Of a DNA stretch of 64,000 nt, positions 25,229-37,700 are shown piece after piece. Location of the stretch: positions 310,001-374,000 of the forward strand of contig RSEE01000017.1 of the NCBI GenBank assembly GCA_003971905.1, given 5' to 3'. A program made the position numbers and the translations under genes. Each line of letters starts with the position of its first letter. Position 1 is the stretch's first letter. Source of the stretch: Moniliella sp. 'wahieum' (lineage: Eukaryota). The notes beneath the pieces were generated by a model. It made no database searches. It saw only the letters and a program-made list of their open reading frames with translations, and was not told where the DNA came from.

Positions 25229-25324
25229 TGCTTCAAAGGGAATCGAACCCCTGTCACATCGATGTCTGATGGACACTGACGCCATGCCTGGCAACGATGT
25301 AGTATACCACTAACCCATGGAAGC
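25229..25324 (-). tRNA. tRNA-Gly(GCC) with 26-nt intron (25263-25288)
   Basis: GCTTCCA acceptor 5' arm, TGGGTTAGTGGTA A-box, CATCG-TTGCCA^T-CGATG anticodon arm, GGTTCGATTCC B-box, TTTTTT terminator. One G is missing from the 3' acceptor strand (likely an assembly error). Confidence 0.85.
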
Positions 25325-25703
25325 TTGATAACACCTTGGACAGAAATCCATCAGGTATATATACTGGTACTTGTATGTTGGACCAAAAAACTTGGGAATA
25401 ACAATGTCGCTGTTCTATAGTCACATGGCTGATACCTTTCGTTGGTATCCAGTATCACCATCATCATTAGAATGCATTGTCAATATATATAGCCATCCAC
25501 TTCCACATATGATCTCTTGGCACGGAAGAAAAAGTTCTTTATAATTGCAAATGGGGGCTATCTCATCTTTTGCCCAGAACACCGAAGGAAAAAGAAATTT
25601 AGTCATGGGGTTTGTGGTAAACCAGAAAACGATGCCGCGAGTGGAAAACTGCGGGCAGGAACACCGGTAATTGCGAACGTGGAGAAATTTAGCCAAAAAG
25701 GTT

Positions 25704-25796
25704 CGACAATGACAGGACTCGAACCTGTGCAGGCAAAGCCTAATTGATGTTTCGAAGCGATTCGAATCAATCCCTTAACCGCTCGGGCACATTGCC
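25704..25796 (-). tRNA. tRNA-Ser(CGA) with 12-nt intron (25749-25760)
   Basis: GGCAATG/CATTGTC acceptor, ATTGA-TTCGAA^A-TCAAT anticodon arm, long variable arm AGGC-TTT-GCCT, GGTTCGAGTCC, discriminator G, TTTTT terminator. Confidence 0.9.
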
Positions 25797-25890
25797 TTTA
25801 TGCGATTCTACACGATCTCCAGTTTGCTTTCTGCATCACACGCTCATCATTAACCCGAAAAACAGTGTCCGGGGGAGACGTGGGCCAACC

Positions 25891-26030
25891 TGCAAAAGAG
25901 GATATGGTCTACAAAGAGAAGGAGAAAGAGAGAGGTGATAGATCTATTCAAAAGAGAAACCCGTTATAGGGGCAGATCGGGCCGACGGTAGATCTATGGC
26001 ACCCCCACTCAGATTTGGTGGTTGCTTTGG
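25891..26030. mobile_element. LTR-end remnant, family B (diverged)
   Basis: GAGAGAGGTGATAGATCTATTC...CCCGTTATAGGGGCA matches the copies at 427 and 40878. Confidence 0.5.
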
Positions 26031-26789
26031 ACGGGAGCAAACAAATGGGTGACCGACAGGGCAACCCCCTCGCCCCGTTCTTTTTCCTCATTACGGCGTG
26101 GCAACTTTGGAGGAGTTGCAAGTCAACCTTGGGCCGGGGCGCCTCGAGTCGGCGCAACTGGACTACGTTACAATTTTCGGCCAAGGACGGGCATCTGCGC
26201 CTGGGAAGCCATGATTTTGACGAAAAAAAGACATGTCAGGTCTCCCGGTCACCTAACCAAGTGCCGCAAACGGTACAGGGACCAAATAACCCCAAGGTAC
26301 GGACTACCCCATGTCTCGACACTGTCTTGTCTCGTCTGGAGGACCTCGTTTTTTCGACTCTCGTAGGGGAATCTCCTTCGTATCCTTCCAGAGTCCAGTC
26401 CCACGCCACCTCTCGTCTGCCATCCTTATCGTACACATGAAAGCGCAGTGCGGCATCAGCACCACAGCCGTTATTGTCCTGACAGAGTCATCTGCCCTGC
26501 CCATATCGCTCCCTTTTGACCGCAAAAGTGCGAAATGGCGATGAGGATGTTTTAGCACGCAATGAATACCCTCATCGACACAACTAAGCATCAACAGTAT
26601 GCTCACAGGAGTCAGACATGTACAGCCTGACCTGCGGACACCCACCATCCGCTTCCAAACGGAGGTAGAGCACGCGGATAGTGTAGGAGAAATCCAAGCG
26701 GTAAGCATCTCAGTTGAGACTCATCACTGATTTCGGACAACCCTCCCAGGCAACGTGCTCGTCGTCTTGGGCGCACAGTATCCCCGTTT

Positions 26790-27190
26790 CGAAGAACCTT
26801 TTGGAAGTCTGAGTTGGACAAGTGGGCATGTGGCCTGGTGGTCTTGTGGACGTTTGGGCCTTGTGGTACCGCGAACGGGGGCTGGGTCCCTCGCCAGCAA
26901 CTGCCTGGGGCTTTCATCCGCCGTTGCCCCTGACCCAGGAGAATCGGCGAGGCAGATGGAGGCGGTCATGCAGGGACCGCCAAAAAGCGTCGCATGGCTT
27001 CCCATCCGCACCGGTCGCACATTCCATCCCCAAGTTGTTCTGCGTGGTGGCGATGGTGGTGGGCAATGGCGCGAGTGCATGACGGCATAAGCGAGCCAGT
27101 CTCCAGCCGCTCTTTTGTCGGCGTACCGACGACCGCGCTGCGGGCCCGCATTGCACATTTCAACCGCGTTCCCATGGGGATGCGGCCCAT
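26790..27190. repeat. Left copy of direct repeat flanking the tandem array
   Basis: Diverged homologue of 40365-40795 (shared ATCCGCCGTTGCCCCTGACCCAGGAGAATCGGCG and CTTCCCATCCGCACCGGTCGCACATTCCATCCCCAAGT). Confidence 0.85.
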
Positions 27191-30100
27191 GTCACATGTC
27201 ACATCCCCTGTCACAGCCCCTGCATGTCACAGCCCCTGCATGTCACAGCCCATGTCACAGCCCATGTCACAGCCCATTCACATGTGATCGCACGTGTCAC
27301 GTCGCACTCCTAGTAGTGGGTGCGTCCCCCTCGCATCAAGAGGTCCAGTCGAGGATGATATTCAATGCCTCCTCTCCCACAGCTTCATCCCCACGGGCAT
27401 TCCTAGATCCCTTCTCTCCAGCGTTACTATCCACTTCATCTACCCAGACGCCCGTTTTCCATACCTTGGCCTCACATCCTGCTATGCAATACTATATGTC
27501 AACACATTGTAGTTTTAAACCAATCTCATTCTTCAACGATCAACACAACAACGAAACGAAGACGAAAACAAAACGAAAACAAAGTCATTGGTCCAGGTCC
27601 CATGCGTCCACCATTTCCACCTCAGGGCAATACACCTCCTCCACCATGTCCCATGCATCCTGCATCTCCACCTCTGGGCAATGCACCTCCACCACCACCG
27701 GCCCATGGCGACGCTTGCGCACGGTCACGCGAGGCTCGGCCGTGTTGACATCGAACCTGGCCCGAGGCACCGCTGGCGCCAGCACCCGCTCCTCAGCCGC
27801 CTTTGGCTTCTTGCGCAGGATCGAAGGCTGGCTGGGCGTTGCGATCGTGCCCAACTTGGAAGTTCGGATGCTCGGATGGGAATGATGGGCGCCAGCCAGT
27901 AGCGGGGGGGGGTGTAGTTAGATGGCAGACCCGGGCTCGTGGTAGAGGAGAGAGGCGGAAGGTGAACTGGAACTCGGTCAGAGGCGGGAGGGGCAGCATT
28001 TCGGTACTGGGTGAGCGGTTCGAGAAGGTAGGTGGTGGGAGGGAGACAAGAAGTTTTGCACCCATCCGAGGTTACTTATGCCCCCGCCCCCGCCGCCGTT
28101 GGGGCAATATGAGGCATTTTGCCCCAACGGCGGGGAGCACACTGCCCTCAGGCCTCAGGCCGCGCCTCGGCTTCAGCACACTGTGCTACCTCGACTGCTC
28201 CCATGCGGCGTGACGTGTACCTCGGAGCAGGCCGGGCAGCACACTGCCTCAAGCCTCAGGCCGCTGCCTCGGCTTCAGCACACTGTGCTACCTCGACTGC
28301 TGCCGTGCGGTGTGACATGTATCTCGGAGCAGGCCGGGTAGCACGCTGCCCTCAGGCCTCAGGCCCAACCCTCAGGCCTTAACCCAGCCCAGCGGTGGAT
28401 AATGCCGGACGCAGATCGGAATTCCCACGGTGGCCAAACCGGCCCAGACCGACGGACCGTGCGCGTCGCGGCTCCACTTGGGGAGGTAGGTTGTCTCCTC
28501 CGTTCTGCTTGGCCTTTGTTGATGAACGCCAGAGGTCCAACCAAAGGGTAGGCCGTTCGTGAAGGACATGGGTACCTGGCTGAAATGGAAGGGTTAGATC
28601 AGTGGACAAGGAGAGGAGAAGAGATGGAACATACACCTTGACCGCAACATAAGAAGCGTGGGTTGGCCTTTGAAGAGCGCCCATGTTCTGGGACGAGCAT
28701 GTATGCGCCCAGTACCGACACAATGTCCATTGCCCCACCGTCAACGAGACTGAATGGGCCGACTCATCCACTGGTTACCGGCTCTTCTGGTGGTCGCCAG
28801 CACTGACGCGGCTCGCAATGGCTTGCCCCATCCTTCCGCCAATCATCCGTGTGCCCGCTGTACTTCGATGAGCGCCAATGCCGCCAATGCCACGGTGGCC
28901 AAACCGGCCCAGACCGACGGATCATGCGCCGTCGCGGCTCCACTCTTGGTAGGTACGCTTTCTCCTCCATTTGCTTGGCCTTTGTTGATGAGCGCCAGAG
29001 GTCCAACCAAAGCGTAGGCCGTGCCGTGAAGGACATGGGTACCTGGCCGAAATGGAAGGGTTAGATCAGTGGAGAGGAGGAGAGGGAGATGGAACATACT
29101 TGACCGCAACATAAAGAGAATCGTCGGTTGGCCTTTGAAGAGCGCCCATGTGGCGTCCCGACGGCCACATGCTGGCGATGAGGGATGGAGATGGAATCCA
29201 AGAGCTAAGGAGAGCCAGAGCTATGGGCCTGGATGGGCTCCTGGGGTGGAGGCCAGTGGAAGCTCGTGGAAGGTCCGCAGCTCACTGCCCCGGTGCCCTG
29301 TGTGCATCGGGCCACGTCTCAGCCGAGCTCTTTTGTCGGCGTACCGACGACCGCGGCGGGCTCGCATTGCACATTTCAACTCCGCGTTCCCCATGGGGAT
29401 GCGGCCCATGTCACATGTCACATCCCCTGTCACAGCCCTGCATGTCACAGCCATGTCACAGCCCATGTCACAGCCCATTCACATGTGATCGCACGTGTCA
29501 CGTCGCACTCCTAGTAGTGGGTGCGTCCCCCCTCGCATCAAGAGGTCCAGTCGAGGATGATATTCAATGCCTCCTCTCCACACAGCTTCATCCCCACGGG
29601 CATTCCTAGATCCCTTCTCTCCAGCGTTACTATCCACTTCATCTACCCAGACGCCCGTTTTCCAACCCTTGGCCTCACATCCTGCTATGCATACTATATG
29701 TCAACCACATTGTAGTTTTAAACCAATCTCATTCTTCAACGATCAACACAACAACGAAACGAAGACGAAAACAAAACGAAAACAAAGTCATTGGTCCAGG
29801 TCCCATGCGTCCACCATTTCCACCTCAGGGCAATACACCTCCTCCACCATGTCCCATGCATCCTGCATCTCCACCTCTGGGCAATGCACCTCCACCACCA
29901 CCGGCCCATGGCGACGCTTGCGCACGGTCACGCGAGGCTCGGCCGTGTTGACATCGAACCGGCCCGAGGCACCGCTGGCGCCAGCACCGCTCCTCAGCCG
30001 CCTTTGGCTTCTTGCGCAGGATCGAAGGGCCTGGCTGGGCGTTGCGATCGTGCCCAACTTGGAAGTTCGGATGCTCGGATGGGAATGATGGGCGCCAGCC

Positions 30101-32000
30101 AGTAGCGGGGGGGGGTTGTAGTTAGATGGCAGACCCGGGCTCGTGGTCAGAGGAGAGAGGCGGAAGGTGAACTGGAACTCGGTCAGAGGCGGGAGGGGCG
30201 ATTTCGGTACTGGGTGAGCGGTTCGAGAAGGTAGGTGGTGGGAGGGAGACAAGAAGTTTTGCACCCATCCGAGGTTACTTATGCCCCGCCCCCGCCGCCG
30301 TTGGGGCAATATGAGGCATTTTTGCCCCAACGGCGGGAGCACACTGCCCTCAGGCCTCAGGCCGCGCCTCGGCTTCAGCACACTGTGCTACCTCGACTGC
30401 TCCCATGCGGCGTGACGTGTACCTCGGAGCAGGCCGGGCAGCACATGCCCTCAAGCCTCAGGCCGCTGCCTCGGCTTCAGCACACTGTGCTACCTCGACT
30501 GCTGCCGTGCGGGTTTGTGACATGTATCTCGGAGCAGGCCGGGTAGCACGCTGCCCTCAGGCCTCAGGCCCAACCCTCAGGCCTTAACCCAGCCAGCGGT
30601 GGATAATGCCGGACGCAGATCGGAATTCCCACGGTGGCCAAACCGGCCCAGACCGACGGACCGTGCGCCGTCGCGGCTCCACTTGGGGAGGTAGGTTGTT
30701 CCTCCGTTCTGCTTGGCCTTTGTTGATGAACGCCAGAGGTCCAACCAAAGGGTAGGCCGTTCCGTGAAGGACATGGGTACCTGGCTGAATGGAAGGGTTA
30801 GATCAGTGGACAGGAGGAGAGGAGAAGAGAGATGGAACATACCTTGACCGCAACATAAGAAGCGTGGGGTTGGCCTTGAAGAGCCCCATGTTCTGGGACG
30901 AGAATGTATGCGCCCAGTACCGACACAATGTCCATTGCCCACCGCAACCGAGACTGAATGGGCCGACTCATCCACTGGTTCCGGTCTCTTCTGGTGGTCG
31001 CCAGCACTGACGCGGCTCGCAATGGCTTGCCCCACTTCCGCCAATCATCCGTGTGCCCGCTGGTACTTCGATGAGCGCCAATGCCGCCAATGCCACGGTG
31101 GCCAAACCGGCCCAGACCGACGGATCATGCGCCGTCGCGGCTCCACTCTTGGGTAGGTACGCTTCTCCTCCATTCTGCTTGGCCTTTGTTGATGAGCGCC
31201 AGAGGTCCAACCAAAGCGTAGGCCGTGCCGTGAAGGACATGGGTACCTGGCCGAAATGGAAGGGTTAGATCAGTGGAGAGGAGGAGAGGAGAGATGGAAC
31301 ATACCTTGACCGCAACATAAAGAGAATCGTCGGTTGGCCTTTGAAGAGCGCCCATGTGGCGTCCCGACGGCCACATGCTGGCGATGAGGGATGGAGATGG
31401 AATCCAAGAGCTAAGGAGAGCCAGAGCTATGGGCCTGGATGGGCTCCTGGGGTGGAGGCCAGTGGAAGCTCGTGGAAGGTCCGCAGCTCACTGCCCCGGT
31501 GCCCTGTGTGCATCGGGCCACGTCTCCAGCCGAGCTCTTTTGTCGGCGTACCGACGACCGCGCTGCGGGCTCGCATTGCACATTTCAACTCCGCGTTCCC
31601 CATGGGGATGCGGCCCATGTCACATGTCACATCCCCTGTCACAGCCCCTGCATGTCACAGCCCATGTCACAGCCCATGTCACAGCCCATTCACATGTGAT
31701 CGCACGTGTCACGTCGCACTCCTAGTAGTGGGTGCGTCCCCCCTCGCATCAAGAGGTCCAGTCGAGGATGATATTCAATGCCTCCTCTCCACACAGCTTC
31801 ATCCCCACGGGCATTCCTAGATCCCTTCTCTCCAGCGTTACTATCCACTTCATCTACCCAGACGCCCGTTTTCCATACCCTTGGCCTCACATCCTGCTAT
31901 GCAATACTATATGTCAACCACATTGTAGTTTTAAACCAATCTCATTCTTCAACGATCAACACAACAACGAAACGAAGACGAAAACAAAACGAAAACAAAG

Positions 32001-32483
32001 TCATTGGTCCAGGTCCCATGCGTCCACCATTTCCACCTCAGGGCAATACACCTCCTCCACCATGTCCCATGCATCCTGCATCTCCACCTCTGGGCAATGC
32101 ACCTCCACCACCACCGGCCCATGGCGACGCTTGCGCACGGTCACGCGAGGCTCGGCCGTGTTGACATCGAACCTGGCCCGAGGCACCGCTGGCGCCAGCA
32201 CCCGCTCCTCAGCCGCCTTTGGCTTCTTGCGCAGGATCGAAGGGCCTGGCTGGGCGTTGCGATCGTGCCCAACTTGGAAGTTCGGATGCTCGGATGGGAA
32301 TGATGGGCGCCAGCCAGTAGCGGGGGGGGTGTAGTTAGATGGCAGACCCGGGCTCGTGGTCAGAGGAGAGAGGCGGAAGGTGAACTGGAACTCGGTCAGA
32401 GGCGGGAGGGGCAGCATTTCGGTACTGGGTGAGCGGTTCGAGAAGGTAGGTGGTGGGAGGGAGACAAGAAGTTTTGCACCCAT
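32001..32483 (-). CDS. Orphan 160-aa protein encoded once per array unit (intact copy, unit 3)
   Basis: ATG...TGA ORF followed by a T-rich tract; an internal 17-aa duplication shows synonymous third-position changes. Confidence 0.55.
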   Translation of the reverse strand: MGAKLLVSLPPPTFSNRSPSTEMLPLPPLTEFQFTFRLSPLTTSPGLPSNYTPPATGWRPSFPSEHPNFQVGHDRNAQPGPSILRKKPKAAEERVLAPAVPRARFDVNTAEPRVTVRKRRHGPVVVEVHCPEVEMQDAWDMVEEVYCPEVEMVDAWDLDQ

Positions 32484-34222
32484 CCGAGGTTACTTATGCC
32501 CCCGCCCCCGCCGCCGTTGGGGCAATATGAGGCATTTTTGCCCCAACGGCGGGGAGCACACTGCCCTCAGGCCTCAGGCCGCGCCTCGGCTTCAGCACAC
32601 TGTGCTACCTCGACTGCTCCCATGCGGCGTGACGTGTACCTCGGAGCAGGCCGGGCAGCACACTGCCCTCAAGCCTCAGGCCGCTGCCTCGGCTTCAGCA
32701 CACTGTGCTACCTCGACTGCTGCCGTGCGGTGTGACATGTATCTCGGAGCAGGCCGGGTAGCACGCTGCCCTCAGGCCTCAGGCCCAACCCTCAGGCCTT
32801 AACCCAGCCCAGCGGTGGATAATGCCGGACGCAGATCGGAATTCCCACGGTGGCCAAACCGGCCCAGACCGACGGACCGTGCGCCGTCGCGGCTCCACTT
32901 GGGGAGGTAGGTTGTCTCCTCCGTTCTGCTTGGCCTTTGTTGATGAACGCCAGAGGTCCAACCAAAGGGTAGGCCGTTCCGTGAAGGACATGGGTACCTG
33001 GCTGAAATGGAAGGGTTAGATCAGTGGACAGGAGGAGAGGAGAAGGAGATGGAACATACCTTGACCGCAACATAAGAAGCGTGGGTTGGCCTTTGAAGAG
33101 CGCCCATGTTCTGGGACGAGCATGTATGCGCCCCAGTACCGACACAATGTCCATTGCCCCACCGTCAACCGAGACTGAATGGGCCGACTCATCCACTGGT
33201 TCCGGTCTCTTCTGGTGGTCGCCAGCACTGACGCGGCTCGCAATGGCTTGCCCCACTTCCGCCAATCATCCGTGTGCCCGCTGGTACTTCGATGAGCGCC
33301 AATGCCGCCAATGCCACGGTGGCCAAACCGGCCCAGACCGACGGATCATGCGCCGTCGCGGCTCCACTCTTGGGTAGGTACGCTTTCTCCTCCATTCTGC
33401 TTGGCCTTTGTTGATGAGCGCCAGAGGTCCAACCAAAGCGTAGGCCGTGCCGTGAAGGACATGGGTACCTGGCCGAAATGGAAGGGTTAGATCAGTGGAG
33501 AGGAGGAGAGGAGAGATGGAACATACCTTGACCGCAACATAAAGAGAATCGTCGGTTGGCCTTTGAAGAGCGCCCATGTGGCGTCCCGACGGCCACATGC
33601 TGGCGATGAGGGATGGAGATGGAATCCAAGAGCTAAGGAGAGCCAGAGCTATGGGCCTGGATGGGCTCCTGGGGTGGAGGCCAGTGGAAGCTCGTGGAAG
33701 GTCCGCAGCTCACTGCCCCGGTGCCCTGTGTGCATCGGGCCACGTCTCCAGCCGAGCTCTTTTGTCGGCGTACCGACGACCGCGCTGCGGGCTCGCATTG
33801 CACATTTCAACTCCGCGTTCCCCATGGGGATGCGGCCCATGTCACATGTCACATCCCCTGTCACAGCCCCTGCATGTCACAGCCCATGTCACAGCCCATG
33901 TCACAGCCCATTCACATGTGATCGCACGTGTCACGTCGCACTCCTAGTAGTGGGTGCGTCCCCCCTCGCATCAAGAGGTCCAGTCGAGGATGATATTCAA
34001 TGCCTCCTCTCCACACAGCTTCATCCCCACGGGCATTCCTAGATCCCTTCTCTCCAGCGTTACTATCCACTTCATCTACCCAGACGCCCGTTTTCCATAC
34101 CCTTGGCCTCACATCCTGCTATGCAATACTATATGTCAACCACATTGTAGTTTTAAACCAATCTCATTCTTCAACGATCAACACAACAACGAAACGAAGA
34201 CGAAAACAAAACGAAAACAAAG

Positions 34223-34705
34223 TCATTGGTCCAGGTCCCATGCGTCCACCATTTCCACCTCAGGGCAATACACCTCCTCCACCATGTCCCATGCATCCTG
34301 CATCTCCACCTCTGGGCAATGCACCTCCACCACCACCGGCCCATGGCGACGCTTGCGCACGGTCACGCGAGGCTCGGCCGTGTTGACATCGAACCTGGCC
34401 CGAGGCACCGCTGGCGCCAGCACCCGCTCCTCAGCCGCCTTTGGCTTCTTGCGCAGGATCGAAGGGCCTGGCTGGGCGTTGCGATCGTGCCCAACTTGGA
34501 AGTTCGGATGCTCGGATGGGAATGATGGGCGCCAGCCAGTAGCGGGGGGGGTGTAGTTAGATGGCAGACCCGGGCTCGTGGTCAGAGGAGAGAGGCGGAA
34601 GGTGAACTGGAACTCGGTCAGAGGCGGGAGGGGCAGCATTTCGGTACTGGGTGAGCGGTTCGAGAAGGTAGGTGGTGGGAGGGAGACAAGAAGTTTTGCA
34701 CCCAT
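34223..34705 (-). CDS. Orphan 160-aa protein (intact copy, unit 4)
   Basis: Identical translation to 32001-32483; frameshifted copies end at 27585, 29788, 36443 and 38654. Confidence 0.55.
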   Translation of the reverse strand: MGAKLLVSLPPPTFSNRSPSTEMLPLPPLTEFQFTFRLSPLTTSPGLPSNYTPPATGWRPSFPSEHPNFQVGHDRNAQPGPSILRKKPKAAEERVLAPAVPRARFDVNTAEPRVTVRKRRHGPVVVEVHCPEVEMQDAWDMVEEVYCPEVEMVDAWDLDQ

Positions 34706-37700
34706 CCGAGGTTACTTATGCCCCCGCCCCCGCCGCCGTTGGGGCAATATGAGGCATTTTTGCCCCAACGGCGGGGAGCACACTGCCCTCAGGCCTCAGG
34801 CCGCGCCTCGGCTTCAGCACACTGTGCTACCTCGACTGCTCCCATGCGGCGTGACGTGTACCTCGGAGCAGGCCGGGCAGCACACTGCCCTCAAGCCTCA
34901 GGCCGCTGCCTCGGCTTCAGCACACTGTGCTACCTCGACTGCTGCCGTGCGGTGTGACATGTATCTCGGAGCAGGCCGGGTAGCACGCTGCCCTCAGGCC
35001 TCAGGCCCAACCCTCAGGCCTTAACCCAGCCCAGCGGTGGATAATGCCGGACGCAGATCGGAATTCCCACGGTGGCCAAACCGGCCCAGACCGACGGACC
35101 GTGCGCCGTCGCGGCTCCACTTGGGGAGGTAGGTTGTCTCCTCCGTTCTGCTTGGCCTTTGTTGATGAACGCCAGAGGTCCAACCAAAGGGTAGGCCGTT
35201 CCGTGAAGGACATGGGTACCTGGCTGAAATGGAAGGGTTAGATCAGTGGACAGGAGGAGAGGAGAAGAGAGATGGAACATACCTTGACCGCAACATAAGA
35301 AGCGTGGGTTGGCCTTTGAAGAGCGCCCATGTTCTGGGACGAGCATGTATGCGCCCCAGTACCGACACAATGTCCATTGCCCCACCGTCAACCGAGACTG
35401 AATGGGCCGACTCATCCACTGGTTCCGGTCTCTTCTGGTGGTCGCCAGCACTGACGCGGCTCGCAATGGCTTGCCCCACTTCCGCCAATCATCCGTGTGC
35501 CCGCTGGTACTTCGATGAGCGCCAATGCCGCCAATGCCACGGTGGCCAAACCGGCCCAGACCGACGGATCATGCGCCGTCGCGGCTCCACTCTTGGGTAG
35601 GTACGCTTTCTCCTCCATTCTGCTTGGCCTTTGTTGATGAGCGCCAGAGGTCCAACCAAAGCGTAGGCCGTGCCGTGAAGGACAGGGTACCTGGCCGAAA
35701 TGGAAGGGTTAGATCAGTGGAGAGGAGGAGAGGAGAGATGGAACATACCTTGACCGCAACATAAAGAGAATCGTCGGTTGGCCTTTGAAGAGCGCCCATG
35801 TGGCGTCCCGACGGCCACATGCTGGCGATGAGGGATGGAGATGGAATCCAAGAGCTAAGGAGAGCCAGAGCTATGGGCCTGGATGGGCTCCTGGGGTGGA
35901 GGCCAGTGGAAGCTCGTGGAAGGTCCGCAGCTCACTGCCCCGGTGCCCTGTGTGCATCGGGCCACGTCTCCAGCCGAGCTTTTTGTCGGCGTACCGACGA
36001 CCGCGCTGCGGGCTCGCATTGCACATTTCAACTCCGCGTTCCCCATGGGGATGCGGCCCATGTCACATGTCACATCCCCTGTCACAGCCCCTGCATGTCA
36101 CAGCCCATGTCACAGCCCATGTCACAGCCCATTCACATGTGATCGCACGTGTCACGTCGCACTCCTAGTAGTGGGTGCGTCCCCCCTCGCATCAAGAGGT
36201 CCAGTCGAGGATGATATTCAATGCCTCCTCTCCACACAGCTTCATCCCCACGGGCATTCCTAGATCCCTTCTCTCCAGCGTTACTATCCACTTCATCTAC
36301 CCAGACGCCCGTTTTCCATACCCTTGGCCTCACATCCTGCTATGCAATACATATGTCAACCACATTGTAGTTTTAAACCAATCTCATTCTTCAACGATCA
36401 ACACAACAACGAAACGAAGACGAAAACAAAACGAAAACAAAGTCATTGGTCCAGGTCCCATGCGTCCACCATTTCCACCTCAGGGCAATACACCTCCTCC
36501 ACCATGTCCCATGCATCCTGCATCTCCACCTCTGGGCAATGCACCTCCACCACCACCGGCCCATGGCGACGCTTGCGCACGGTCACGCGAGGCTCGGCCG
36601 TGTTGACATCGAACCTGGCCCGAGGCACGCTGGCGCCAGCACCCGCTCCTCAGCCGCCTTTGGCTTCTTGCGCAGGATCGAAGGGCCTGGCTGGGCGTTG
36701 CGATCGTGCCCAACTTGGAAGTTCGGATGCTCGGATGGGAATGATGGGCGCCAGCCAGTAGCGGGGGGGGTGTGTAGTTAGATGGCAGACCCGGGCTCGT
36801 GGTCAGAGGAGAGAGGCGGAAGGTGAACTGGAACTCGGTCAGAGGCGGGAGGGGCAGCATTTCGGTACTGGGTGAGCGGTTCGAGAGGTAGGTGGTGGGA
36901 GGGAGACAAGAAGTTTTGCACCCATCCGAGGTTACTTATGCCCCCGCCCCCGCCGCCGTTGGGGCAATATGAGGCATTTTTGCCCAACGGCGGGGAGCAC
37001 ACTGCCCTCAGGCCTCAGGCCGCGCCTCGGCTTCAGCACACTGTGCTACCTCGACTGCTCCCATGCGGCGTGACGTGTACCTCGGAGCAGGCCGGGCAGC
37101 ACACTGCCCTCAAGCCTCAGGCCGCTGCCTCGGCTTCAGCACACTGTGCTACCTCGACTGCTGCCGTGCGGTGTGACATGTATCTCGGAGCAGGCCGGGT
37201 AGCACGCTGCCCTCAGGCCTCAGGCCCAACCTCAGGCCTTAACCCAGCCCAGCGGTGGATAATGCCGGACGCAGATCGGAATTCCCACGGTGGCCAAACC
37301 GGCCCAGACCGACGGACCGTGCGCCGTCGCGGCTCCACTTGGGGAGGTAGGTTGTCTCCTCCGTTCTGCTTGGCCTTTGTTGATGAACGCCAGAGGTCCA
37401 ACCAAAGGGTAGGCCGTTCGTGAAGGACATGGGTACCTGGCTGAAATGGAAGGGTTAGATCAGTGGACAGGAGGAGAGGAGAAGAGAGATGGAACATACC
37501 TTGACCGCAACATAGAAGCGTGGGTTGGCCTTTGAAGAGCGCCCATGTTCTGGGACGAGCATGTATGCGCCCCAGTACCGAACAATGTCCATTGCCCCAC
37601 CGTCAACCGAGACTGAATGGGCCGACTCATCCACTGGTTCCGGTCTCTTCTGGTGGTCGCCAGCACTGACGCGGCTCGCAATGGCTTGCCCCACTTCCGC

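Noticed and set aside
24980..25294. N-terminal extension of the 520-aa ORF 23732-25294
   Set aside because: It runs through the LTR and tRNA-Gly; the plausible gag start is ATG 24979.
27188..27300. CRISPR-like short repeats
   Set aside because: There are no unique spacers or cas genes and the context is eukaryotic; this is a minisatellite.
28395..28435. 5S rRNA-like words (CCGATCTGCG, GGGAAT) in the array unit, suggesting an rDNA/5S array
   Set aside because: The matches are short and in the wrong order; there is no full 5S fold or other rRNA sequence.
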